A DNA stretch of 32,000 bases from Candidatus Nanosynbacter lyticus (lineage in GTDB: Bacteria; Patescibacteriota; Saccharimonadia; Saccharimonadales; Saccharimonadaceae). Made by a program: the position numbers and the translations under genes. This document shows, in pieces, positions 9,080-16,886 of this stretch. The notes under the pieces are model-generated. The model was not told the DNA's origin, did no database searches, and saw only the letters and a list, made by a program, of their open reading frames with translations. How positions within the stretch are numbered: position 1 is the stretch's first letter; each line of letters begins with the position of its first letter. Location: positions 480,001-512,000 of the forward strand of contig NZ_CP007496.1 in the NCBI RefSeq assembly GCF_000803625.1, given 5' to 3'.

Positions 9080-9134
9080 GCCCGCCGAAAATAGCTCGCC
9101 TTGATAGGCTCGAGCCTCTCGGCGGGCTATTTTC
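9080..9134 (+). terminator. long GC-rich hairpin terminator after ORF 8505
   Basis: GCCCGCCGA (9080-9088) pairs with TCGGCGGGC (9119-9127). There is an internal imperfect sub-hairpin, and the structure is followed by TATTTTC. Confidence 0.6.
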
Positions 9135-9153
9135 ATGTCTTTTTACAGAAATT

Positions 9154-9219
9154 ATTCCCCACCAAAAAACCGTCCCAGTAAGGACGGTTTTTTAGCACAA
9201 ATAAGGCTCTCAATGGTTA
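9154..9219. repeat. 66-bp direct repeat, copy A (contains a bidirectional terminator hairpin)
   Basis: attccccaccaaaaaaccgTcccagtaaggacggttttttagcacaaataaggctctcaatggtta. Identical to 10153-10218 except T9173 versus C10172. The hairpin is A6-CCGTCC-cagtaa-GGACGG-T6 at 9164-9193. Confidence 0.95.
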
Positions 9220-9333
9220 ACATAACTGTTCATACATAATATACATTTGATGTTTATTGCTTGACCTATTTAATTTATTATGCCAATATATTATACAATC
9301 TAATACTGGAGAAACTTATAAGGAAGTAAAGTA

Positions 9334-10143
9334 ATGATGGATTATGGTTACAACAACCCAAGGTGTAAACCGGAAGAAAGACGGCAAGCGAGACTCCGTG
9401 AATTAAGAAGGCAAGGAGCTACAGTCCTAAAATCAATAAATTCACTTGGTTATACAGTAACACATGATCCAGAGACCGGAAAAGCTCTTGAAGTGTCAAC
9501 AGGAAGAGCATTGGGAAGTATTATATCCCAGCCGATTGGTCCTGAATACGACACTAATGACGTAGAGAAAATGCGTATTATATGCCTTTGGGACTTCGGA
9601 CAGAATCTTTATGATAAATCAGACGAGGAAGTCGAGAAATATTATACAGAATCGATAAAACATCTTAGAAAGAAACGCATAGAACACCTATGGACTATTG
9701 TACTCATACATGAGCGCAATGAAGAAAATCCTATCGCTGAATATATGATCAAAGCAGAAGAAGCTATCCACGGACGCCCTCTGAACGATCAAGAAAAAAA
9801 TTCACTTAGGAGTAGTGATTTTTATAAACGCTTGCAAGAAACAGCCGCGAGCTGTATTCATCTCAGTGATTCGAAATTATTAGGTATCTATTCGGAGCTA
9901 TTAACTCTCTATTTAGAACTACTGGAAGATGATAAACGAGATGAAATCTTAGAAATGATTAACTGGATAGAGGAGATGGAAGAAGATAAAGACAAACTGA
10001 CCAGAATCTCAGAATTCCTAAAATCAATGGAAGAATACTCGAAAGCACTGGAGGAAGATGAGCCAAAAAGCACAGAGACGGAATCAACAGAATCAAAATC
10101 GACAGAAAGAAAACTTGGCGAAACTGCAGCGCGATGGCAATAA
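9334..10143 (+). CDS. hypothetical protein (269 aa): basic N-terminus, Glu/Lys-rich helical acidic C-terminal half, no recognisable domain
   Basis: ORF with SD AAGGAAG and an AT-rich promoter-like upstream region (TTGACC at 9262). Codon usage is AT-rich (AAA, GAA, AGA, TTA). The C-terminus has short S/T-E repeats (STETESTESKSTE). Repeat copy B begins 10 nt after the stop. Confidence 0.65.
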   Translation: MMDYGYNNPRCKPEERRQARLRELRRQGATVLKSINSLGYTVTHDPETGKALEVSTGRALGSIISQPIGPEYDTNDVEKMRIICLWDFGQNLYDKSDEEVEKYYTESIKHLRKKRIEHLWTIVLIHERNEENPIAEYMIKAEEAIHGRPLNDQEKNSLRSSDFYKRLQETAASCIHLSDSKLLGIYSELLTLYLELLEDDKRDEILEMINWIEEMEEDKDKLTRISEFLKSMEEYSKALEEDEPKSTETESTESKSTERKLGETAARWQ

Positions 10144-10152
10144 AACAGTCAT

Positions 10153-10218
10153 ATTCCCCACCAAAAAACCGCCCCAGTAAGGACGGTTTTTTAGCACAAA
10201 TAAGGCTCTCAATGGTTA
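10153..10218. repeat. 66-bp direct repeat, copy B (terminator hairpin 10163-10192)
   Basis: Offset is exactly 999 bp from copy A, with 65/66 identity. The single difference puts a C-A mismatch in the stem (CCGCCC/GGACGG). It is positioned to terminate both ORF 9334 (plus strand) and the rnc-KH transcript (minus strand). Confidence 0.95.
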
Positions 10219-10275
10219 CCCATTGTCTCGCATAGAGCTGTTCTCGCATAATGTCTGTGCTTGAACTGGTTCTAA

Positions 10276-10665
10276 TTATATATCAAGATCGTCGAGTTCT
10301 GCAAGCTCTTTTCTGGTGTTTTCTGCGTAAGATGATCCATTTTCCACAGTTTCATCTGTTGAGTTATCCACAGAAGCATGATCGTTATAGCTATTACTCT
10401 CACGCTCACCAGAAAAACCATCATTATTAACGATCTTCAAGTTATATCGAGCGTCATTCTTTGCGCCCAAAGCTCGCAGAAGTGTACGCAAACTCTGTGC
10501 CGTACTGCCGCGCTTACCAATAACTCGACCCAAATCTGCTGGATTAACTGTCAATGTTAGTAAAACGCCCTTTTCATCAATCGTTCGGTCTACTACGACG
10601 TCTTCTGGATGTCCAACCAACGCCTTTACAGTATATTCTACAAACTGCTGATCTATTGTTGACAT
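10276..10665 (-). CDS. KH-domain RNA-binding protein (YlqC/UPF0109-like) with an acidic C-terminal extension
   Basis: KH core is VIGKRGSTAQSLRTLLRA (GxxG motif). I place the start at ATG 10665 (MSTIDQQ...) because AGGAGGAGG lies 7 nt upstream. The ORF-track start 10728 adds 21 unsupported residues. Confidence 0.85.
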   Translation of the reverse strand: MSTIDQQFVEYTVKALVGHPEDVVVDRTIDEKGVLLTLTVNPADLGRVIGKRGSTAQSLRTLLRALGAKNDARYNLKIVNNDGFSGERESNSYNDHASVDNSTDETVENGSSYAENTRKELAELDDLDI

Positions 10666-10735
10666 TCTGCCCCTCCTCCTGGAATTAAACTGTATTTTCA
10701 TTATACACGAGCGGTTTACGCCGTGCAAACTTTAA

Positions 10736-11452
10736 TTATTTCTCGCCAGATTCTTTATATTTGGCAATTGCAGCACGAGCAGCTTGCTGTTGAGCAACTT
10801 GCTTAGATGGACCAATGCCTCGCCCCATCATATTATCGCCAACAAAAACCCCAAGAGTAAAGACCTTATCGTGATCTGGACCTTCTTCGCTCAGGACTTT
10901 ATATACCGGCGTTTGATTGTCAACTCGCTGAGAAATCTCCTGCAAATACGACTTCGGATCACGCCAACTGCCCGACTCCAAAATTCCATCCAACTTAACA
11001 ATTATATGCTTGTGAATAAAATCGCGAGCATCGTCAAAGCCACGCTCCAAATAAATAGCGCCGATTACCGCCTCAAATGCATTAGCTAAAATCTGTAAAT
11101 GTGCTCGCTCCGAGCCATTCTTCTCGCCCTTTGACATACGAATCAGCGGACCATAACCCAACTTATCACCAGCATCACCAATACTTTCCGTTCGCACCAA
11201 AGCTGCCCGCCAAGCAGTCAAAATTCCCTCTGGCTCAGAAAAATGCGTAAACAAATATTCTGTCACCGCCAATTCCAAAACCGCATCACCTAAGAATTCC
11301 AAGCGCTCATTGTGATGATGAACGGATTTTCGATGCTCATTCACATAGCTACGGTGAGTCAAAGCTGTAATCAGCAAATCCAAATTTGTAAATTCAAAAC
11401 CTAATTTTTCGCGCGCAAATTCCTGATACGGAGTCGTGTTCATTCCACTCAT
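10736..11452 (-). CDS. rnc: ribonuclease III
   Basis: 238-aa ORF with the RNase III signature NERLEFLGDAVLE and catalytic-domain context (HRSYVNEH), plus a C-terminal dsRBD (PKSYLQE...GPDHDKVF...GPSKQVAQQQAA). Confidence 0.95.
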   Translation of the reverse strand: MSGMNTTPYQEFAREKLGFEFTNLDLLITALTHRSYVNEHRKSVHHHNERLEFLGDAVLELAVTEYLFTHFSEPEGILTAWRAALVRTESIGDAGDKLGYGPLIRMSKGEKNGSERAHLQILANAFEAVIGAIYLERGFDDARDFIHKHIIVKLDGILESGSWRDPKSYLQEISQRVDNQTPVYKVLSEEGPDHDKVFTLGVFVGDNMMGRGIGPSKQVAQQQAARAAIAKYKESGEK

Positions 11453-11950
11453 CTACAAGTTCTCCTGTCTAATTCGCTTCATCGCCAAAAGAATCAGCTT
11501 GCCAATATCTTCATATTCAACTTCATCCAGCGCCTCATGAAAACTAAACCATTTAAGACCATTCATCCACTCTTCCTTTTGGAGTCTCTCATTAGGATCC
11601 AACGCCTTAACTAGATAAACTTGCGTTGTCATCAATACCAATTTATCGATTCGACGATAACGAAAATTCACCTTGCCCAGCCAGCCGTGCAGTTCAATTT
11701 TCTTCAGTCCAGTCTCCTCGCCGATTTCCCTACGTGCTGTCACCTGAGCCGTTTCACCCGGCTCAATATGACCTTTGGGAATTGTCCAGCGGTCGCGAGC
11801 ATCTTGATATAGCAAAAATTCTGCCTCACCCTTTTTATTACGACGAAAAATAACACCACCAGCGGTTGGCTCACGTACAATTTCCTGAATCAGCGGTTTC
11901 TTACTACCGCCAAAATATTTTTTTATCTTATCAAAGTTGCTTGTTCTCAC
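11453..11950 (-). CDS. NUDIX hydrolase
   Basis: Nudix box GHIEPGETAQVTARREIGEETGL. GTG start overlapping the nusB 3' end. The stop abuts the rnc ATG. Confidence 0.85.
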   Translation of the reverse strand: MRTSNFDKIKKYFGGSKKPLIQEIVREPTAGGVIFRRNKKGEAEFLLYQDARDRWTIPKGHIEPGETAQVTARREIGEETGLKKIELHGWLGKVNFRYRRIDKLVLMTTQVYLVKALDPNERLQKEEWMNGLKWFSFHEALDEVEYEDIGKLILLAMKRIRQENL

Positions 11951-12389
11951 TGTCGGATTCCTCCACGAGAGTACGGAGCGCCGTGCCTAGCACGCCATTC
12001 ACAAACTTACCCGAGTTATCCGAACCGAACGCTTTTGCTAGTTCTACCGCCTCATTAATCACCACTTTTGGCGGAACCGTATCTGCACAGTAGAGCAATT
12101 CATACAAACCAATTCTTAGAACTGTTCTATCAACCCTAGATAGCTGGTCAATTGGCCACTCTGGAGCTAAAGGTTTTAGCTTTTCGTCCAATTCCATCTG
12201 ATTCGCCAGTACGCCACTAACTAGATTATCAACAAATTCAACGTCATCAACGGATGATTTATACTCCGCTAAATTACGCTGTAAGATACTTTTGTAGTCA
12301 ATACCAGCATCGCCCACCTCTGCACGAAACTCATATTCATACAGTGTCTGCAACGCGACAATTCGTCCTAAATGACGGTTTGATGCCAT
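11931..12389 (-). CDS. nusB: transcription antitermination factor NusB
   Basis: 152-aa ORF with a NusB-like sequence (RIVALQTLYEYEF..., VDRTVLRIGLYELLY, VVINEAVELAKAFG). Confidence 0.9.
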   Translation of the reverse strand: MASNRHLGRIVALQTLYEYEFRAEVGDAGIDYKSILQRNLAEYKSSVDDVEFVDNLVSGVLANQMELDEKLKPLAPEWPIDQLSRVDRTVLRIGLYELLYCADTVPPKVVINEAVELAKAFGSDNSGKFVNGVLGTALRTLVEESDSENKQL

Positions 12390-12413
12390 TACTAAGCGTC
12401 CTGTTCGTAATTA

Positions 12414-12560
12414 TTATTTTGTTGTTTTACCAGTTTCACGCTTAGTCGTCTTCACTTTCACTGGTGAAGTTCCATTAACGCGACGTGCCAATTTTAATAC
12501 CAAATGACTGCGACGAAGTCCAGTTTTACGTGGACTGCTCTGTTTTTTAGGCTGTGCCAT
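12414..12560 (-). CDS. rpmF: 50S ribosomal protein L32 (cysteine-less form)
   Basis: Not in the ORF track (48 aa). My translation is MAQPKKQSSPRKTGLRRSHLVLKLARRVNGTSPVKVKTTKRETGKTTK. The N-terminal pattern MA.PK...S.R....RRSH is the L32 hallmark. SD GAGGAG lies 8 nt upstream. Confidence 0.75.
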   Translation of the reverse strand: MAQPKKQSSPRKTGLRRSHLVLKLARRVNGTSPVKVKTTKRETGKTTK

Positions 12561-12659
12561 AATTTATTCTCCTCTTTTAGGTTGTCATAAAACTTACGTA
12601 CCATTATACCTTTTTTATTAGGTAATCTCAAGGTTTTATCTAAAAATTATACAAGTGTA

Positions 12660-12688
12660 TTGACTTTTTGTATTGGTTATGTTAATAT
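12660..12688 (+). promoter_or_regulatory. sigma70-type promoter, leaderless geometry (TTGACT-17nt-TAATAT, 7 nt to ATG 12696)
   Basis: -35 at 12660-12665 and -10 at 12683-12688. No SD lies between the -10 box and the ATG. Confidence 0.5.
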
Positions 12689-12695
12689 ATAAAAC

Positions 12696-13223
12696 ATGAG
12701 TAAAGAACAGTTTACACCACAAAGTAACGAGGACGACAGACCTGTAATAGAAATACCAAAATCTGTAGTTAAAATTGGTGCAGTAGCATTAGCCACGTTA
12801 GGATTAGCTGGAGCTGCGAACACCCTGGGATTGTTCTATAGCCCTAAATCACCAGAAAAAGGACCAAGCCCTGCTCACCAAGTAGCTCAAGTTGTAGAGG
12901 ATTATAGTAATGGAGTCATCACGGAGCTACCAGAAGATACAGAAATTCGCACTGTCACACTTGAAGAGGGAGAAAACCCGACTTCGGTGGCCGAAACAGC
13001 CATGGAAGAATACAACGAGGAAAATCCTGAAAATAAGATAGACACTAATGAGGCAAGAAGCTCCATACATGAAACTAGCATTAGTATGAAAGAGATCTAC
13101 AAAGATGAGACGGGCAATACAGAGATCCAGCCGGGAGCTATAGTTAACATTGCCATAGGTGACATAAACGGTGACGGAAAGCCAAGTGTAGCCATAACAG
13201 GAATAGAAGACGGATCGAAATAG
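12696..13223 (+). CDS. membrane-anchored acidic protein, unknown function
   Basis: 175-aa ORF with one N-terminal TM (VVKIGAVALATLGLAGAANTLGLF) and an acidic Glu/Asn-rich ectodomain. No family recognised. Confidence 0.55.
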   Translation: MSKEQFTPQSNEDDRPVIEIPKSVVKIGAVALATLGLAGAANTLGLFYSPKSPEKGPSPAHQVAQVVEDYSNGVITELPEDTEIRTVTLEEGENPTSVAETAMEEYNEENPENKIDTNEARSSIHETSISMKEIYKDETGNTEIQPGAIVNIAIGDINGDGKPSVAITGIEDGSK

Positions 13224-13231
13224 GCTGTTTT

Positions 13232-15718
13232 CTAGACCACGATATTCACCAGCTTGCCTGGAACATAAACCATCTTTTTAGGTGGTTTATTGTTTGTAAA
13301 CTTTTGGACGTTTTCGTCAGCTAGAGCTACTGCTTCAACGCCCTGCCGGTCGGTATCTACTGGTAATTTAAGCTTTGATCGAAGTTTGCCGTTAACTTGG
13401 ACAATGATGGTCATCGTATCACTCTTTAAATATTTTTCATCCCATTTTGGCCAGTGATTGACATGAATGGTATCAGTGTGGCCCAATTCCCGCCACAATT
13501 CTTCAGTGATGTGCGGTGCGAATGGCGCTAAGATTTGTAGTAAACTCTCCAGAGTGAATCGCCATGTTCCTGATGCTTGCATACTGTGCGACTCTTTGAA
13601 CTTGTACAGACCGTTGACCATTTCCATCATTGCCGCCACGGCTGTATTGAATTTCTCGTCCTCAATGTCACGAGTGACTTTTTTGATGGTTGAGTGCGTC
13701 AGACGAAGCAGTTCTTGGTCATCTTCAGAAGTAGATTCAGGCGCCGCTACAAATTCCTGCACCACATTCCATACTCGATTTAAGAACCGATACGTCCCTG
13801 GCACCCCACGCGGATCCCACGGCGCATCCATATCGTAAGGCGCGATGAACATCTCGTACACGCGCAGCGCATCGGCACCGTAACCACTGTCCATAATTTC
13901 CATCGGATCGATGACATTACCCTTGGATTTACTCATCTTTTGACCGTCCGGTGCCATGATGTAGGCGTTATACATCATCCTCTTGAACGGCTCCGGTGTC
14001 GGCACCAAGCCCAGTTTATAGAAAAATCGCATCCAGAAACGACTGTACAGCAGGTGCGCAACCGCGTGGTCGGCACCGTTGTAGTAATCGACCGGCATCC
14101 AATGATCAATTCTCTCAGGATCCCACGCCTGAGCGTCATTGTGCGGATCAAGATAGCGCAGGAAATACCAGCTGGAACAAGCATAGCCATCCAACGTGTC
14201 AGTTTCGCGGCGGCCTTCACGCCAATTGTCACCTACTGGCTTCGACTCAGTAATCGGCACGGTTTTACCCGTCTCGACGTCAACCCACACGCGCACCCAA
14301 TCATCAACTTGCGCTAGGACCGACGTATTACCGCCCGTCGGCTTGAAGTTCTCGACCTCTGGCAGGATCACCGGCAGACACTCGTCCGCCACAGCAATTG
14401 GTTCAAAACCATCAACATGAACCATCGGAATTGGCGCACCCCAGTACCGCTGACGAGAAATCAACCAATCGCGCATTTTGTAAGTAGTTTTACCTCGACC
14501 AGAACCCTGCTGTTCCAGCCAGGCTACGATCTGCTCGCGGGCGTCCTCGCTGCGCGTACCGTCGAATTGCCCAGAATTGATCAACTCACCTTCGCCTGTA
14601 TAGCAACCGATGTCTGCCGAATCCTCTGGTTTGTCAACCACCTGAACAATCGGCAGATCGAATTTCTCAGCAAAGGCAAAATCACGTTCATCATGCGCTG
14701 GTACCGCCATGACCGCACCCGTACCATAGCCACTCAGTACATAGTCCGCCACCCAGATTGGTAGCTTTTGGCCATTGACTGGGTTGATGGCATAGCTGCC
14801 AGTAAAGACGCCGGATTTATCTTTGTTTTCCTGGCGCTCAACGTCAGACTTCTGCTGAGCCGCTTGAACGTATGCTTCAACCTTGGCGCACGTGTCGGCA
14901 TTGACCAACTGAGAAACCAGTGGATGTTCTGGCGCCAAGGCGACATAACTGGAGCCAAACAAGGTGTCGGGGCGCGTGGTGAATACGGTAATGATAGCAT
15001 CCTGTCCGTTGACTACAAAATCAACCTCCGCGCCAACCGACCGGCCAATCCAGTTTTTCTGCATGGTCTTGACCATTTCCGTCCAGTACAAGTCGTCAGT
15101 CGCCTCTAGAATCTCATCAGCATAGGCGGTGATGCGGAAAAACCACTGTTTGAGGTTGCGCTTGGTGACGGGGTTACCGCAGCGCCAACATTTACCGCCC
15201 TCAACTTGCTCATTGGCTAGTACCGTATTGTCGGTATCGCACCACCACTGCGGCTGTTCCTTTTGGTATGCCAAATCGTGCTTGTATAGCTGGGTAAAAA
15301 TCCACTGGGTCCATTTGTAGTACTCTGGGTCAGCAGTAGAAATTTCCTTTGACCAATCATAACTAAATCCGAGACGCTTCAGCTGGGCGATGAAATGCGC
15401 TTTGGCTTCGTCGTGAGCCACCCGCGGCGTTTTACCGACCTTGATGGCATAATTTTCCACGGGGAGACCAAAACTGTCCCAACCAATTGGATGGTACACA
15501 TTGTAGCCTTGCTGACGCTTCAGGCGCGCTTTGATGTCGGCAAACTGAAACGTCCGACCGTGACCGATGTGAATGCCAGCCCCGGTGATACCAGGCAGCA
15601 TACTAAGACTATAGTATTTTGGGCGCGTTGTATCACTAAGATCAGCGACGTAGGTGCCATCAGCTTCCCACTTATCTTGCCATTTTTTCTCAATTTCCGT
15701 CGGATTGTAGCGTTTCAT
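13232..15718 (-). CDS. leuS: leucine--tRNA ligase
   Basis: Class I motifs HIGH (IHIGHG) and KMSKS are present, with a LeuRS-specific editing domain context. I place the start at ATG 15718 (MKRYNPTEIEKKWQDKW), which has TGCTATAAT 7 nt upstream. The ORF-track 15778 extension crosses an upstream terminator. Confidence 0.97.
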   Translation of the reverse strand: MKRYNPTEIEKKWQDKWEADGTYVADLSDTTRPKYYSLSMLPGITGAGIHIGHGRTFQFADIKARLKRQQGYNVYHPIGWDSFGLPVENYAIKVGKTPRVAHDEAKAHFIAQLKRLGFSYDWSKEISTADPEYYKWTQWIFTQLYKHDLAYQKEQPQWWCDTDNTVLANEQVEGGKCWRCGNPVTKRNLKQWFFRITAYADEILEATDDLYWTEMVKTMQKNWIGRSVGAEVDFVVNGQDAIITVFTTRPDTLFGSSYVALAPEHPLVSQLVNADTCAKVEAYVQAAQQKSDVERQENKDKSGVFTGSYAINPVNGQKLPIWVADYVLSGYGTGAVMAVPAHDERDFAFAEKFDLPIVQVVDKPEDSADIGCYTGEGELINSGQFDGTRSEDAREQIVAWLEQQGSGRGKTTYKMRDWLISRQRYWGAPIPMVHVDGFEPIAVADECLPVILPEVENFKPTGGNTSVLAQVDDWVRVWVDVETGKTVPITESKPVGDNWREGRRETDTLDGYACSSWYFLRYLDPHNDAQAWDPERIDHWMPVDYYNGADHAVAHLLYSRFWMRFFYKLGLVPTPEPFKRMMYNAYIMAPDGQKMSKSKGNVIDPMEIMDSGYGADALRVYEMFIAPYDMDAPWDPRGVPGTYRFLNRVWNVVQEFVAAPESTSEDDQELLRLTHSTIKKVTRDIEDEKFNTAVAAMMEMVNGLYKFKESHSMQASGTWRFTLESLLQILAPFAPHITEELWRELGHTDTIHVNHWPKWDEKYLKSDTMTIIVQVNGKLRSKLKLPVDTDRQGVEAVALADENVQKFTNNKPPKKMVYVPGKLVNIVV

Positions 15719-15732
15719 ATCTGTAATTATAG

Positions 15733-15760
15733 CAAAAATCCCGCTCATTACGAACGGGAT
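15733..15760 (-). terminator. intrinsic terminator after gene 15789-16847
   Basis: On the minus strand: ATCCCG-ttcgtaatgag-CGGGAT-TTTTT, immediately upstream of the leuS -10 box. Confidence 0.65.
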
Positions 15761-15788
15761 TATACTTATCCATGACAAACGACCAATA

Positions 15789-16847
15789 TTATAGCAGAGA
15801 TAGGCTGTCCAAAAGTTCTTTCATATTAGCAGCATCCGATGGAATTTCCACTTCACTAGCTTTATTCATATCAACATCTAAAGAAGCTTCAATGGTAGTA
15901 TCGTTAGCCCTACCCTTAAACTCAATCGCCCTTAATTCATGCGAGAATCCACTAGCCCACAACTTTAACGAAGCATCGCCATCAGACGATTCGCCAGTCT
16001 CATTATCGATCTTTTTACATTTGCTCATATCTTTACCAACTGACGAGTCTTTTAGTTGTTCGGCAAACTTACTAAACTTATCGTGATTACCCTTTATTTC
16101 AAAACCACGACCACCGTTACGATCGCTCAACTTCGTGTCTTTAATGTCCAAAAAGTTATTCTTCCGGTAGAGCTGAGCAATCTCCTTGCGAATACCTTCA
16201 TCTCTTCGCATTTTCTTTAATGCTTCAGTATAGCACTTGTAGTCATCGTTTTTAAGATCATCAGAAGAAATCTTCATCCATTTACCATTAAAGTTATCTA
16301 ATACAGGCTCAAGTTGACTCAACATTTCATCGCGATATTCTTTCCTCTGGTCTTTTGATAATGCAAAACCAGACTTTGCAGATTTCTCCTCCATCATAAG
16401 TTCAAAAATGTCAGAGAACGAGTCTTTTAGATTGTCAATTTTTACATATACCGTACCATCGCCATCAACAACAACGTCGCCCTTGAACGAAAAACTTTTA
16501 TCAATGTCTTTAATGGTTAGCTTTGCGTCAATATTGGATTTTACTTTATCAGAAGCAGAGTTAGCTTTCACGTTAAGCTCTAGCTTTACTGAATCTTTCA
16601 TATTAGCCACGATTTTCCCATTAACAACAGCCTTCTTTGACACAATCGCGTTGGACACAGCGTCGGTAACCATTTTTTCTGGGTTTTGCCACCACAAGAA
16701 ATAAGTCAATAAAGCAGCAATTATTGCGACAATCGCCAGCACACCTAACGTGATACCGACAATTAATCCTGTCTTTTTCTTCTTTGACTGTGGTGCGACC
16801 ATATTGCCGTATGGCGGCTGCGGTGCAGGCTGGTTATTCTGATCCAT
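15789..16847 (-). CDS. membrane-anchored extracytoplasmic protein, unknown function
   Basis: 352-aa ORF with SD AAGGGGGG. It has a Pro/Gln-rich N-terminus, a KKKK stretch, a single TM (GLIVGITLGVLAIVAIIAALLTYFLWW) and a Lys/Asp-rich beta-looking ectodomain. No family recognised. Confidence 0.7.
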   Translation of the reverse strand: MDQNNQPAPQPPYGNMVAPQSKKKKTGLIVGITLGVLAIVAIIAALLTYFLWWQNPEKMVTDAVSNAIVSKKAVVNGKIVANMKDSVKLELNVKANSASDKVKSNIDAKLTIKDIDKSFSFKGDVVVDGDGTVYVKIDNLKDSFSDIFELMMEEKSAKSGFALSKDQRKEYRDEMLSQLEPVLDNFNGKWMKISSDDLKNDDYKCYTEALKKMRRDEGIRKEIAQLYRKNNFLDIKDTKLSDRNGGRGFEIKGNHDKFSKFAEQLKDSSVGKDMSKCKKIDNETGESSDGDASLKLWASGFSHELRAIEFKGRANDTTIEASLDVDMNKASEVEIPSDAANMKELLDSLSLL

Positions 16848-16886
16848 ATCCCCCCCTTATACTTATTTAATATCAATATAGCACAT

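Noticed and set aside
9154-10218. The 66-bp repeat pair read as a CRISPR array or as integron attC sites.
   Set aside because: There are only two copies, spaced 933 bp apart, and the intervening DNA is a full gene, so this is not a CRISPR array. Neither copy boundary carries a GTTRRRY core (GTTAACA / GTTACCC), and no intI or any recombinase lies in the window. The repeat is mostly a simple terminator hairpin rather than an attC-like imperfect bulged structure.
9959-10249. 96-aa minus-strand ORF spanning the end of ORF 9334 and repeat copy B.
   Set aside because: It runs through the terminator hairpin and is antisense to a better-supported gene. It has a low-complexity translation and no start signals.
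10666-10728. 21-residue N-terminal extension of the KH protein.
   Set aside because: A strong AGGAGGAGG SD directly precedes the internal ATG at 10665, and the extension has no support.
13467-15775. Numerous plus-strand ORFs (63-126 aa) and two short out-of-frame minus-strand ORFs (13975..14232, 14734..15000) inside leuS.
   Set aside because: All lie within a strongly supported 828-aa leuS, either antisense or in another reading frame. Their translations are Arg/Ser/Thr-rich shadow sequences.
15719-15778. 20-residue N-terminal extension of leuS given by the ORF track (MSWISIIPFVMSGIFAIITD).
   Set aside because: The extension crosses the terminator hairpin (15733-15760) and the TGCTATAAT -10 box. 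Canonical LeuRS N-termini begin at MKRYNP.EIE.KWQ.
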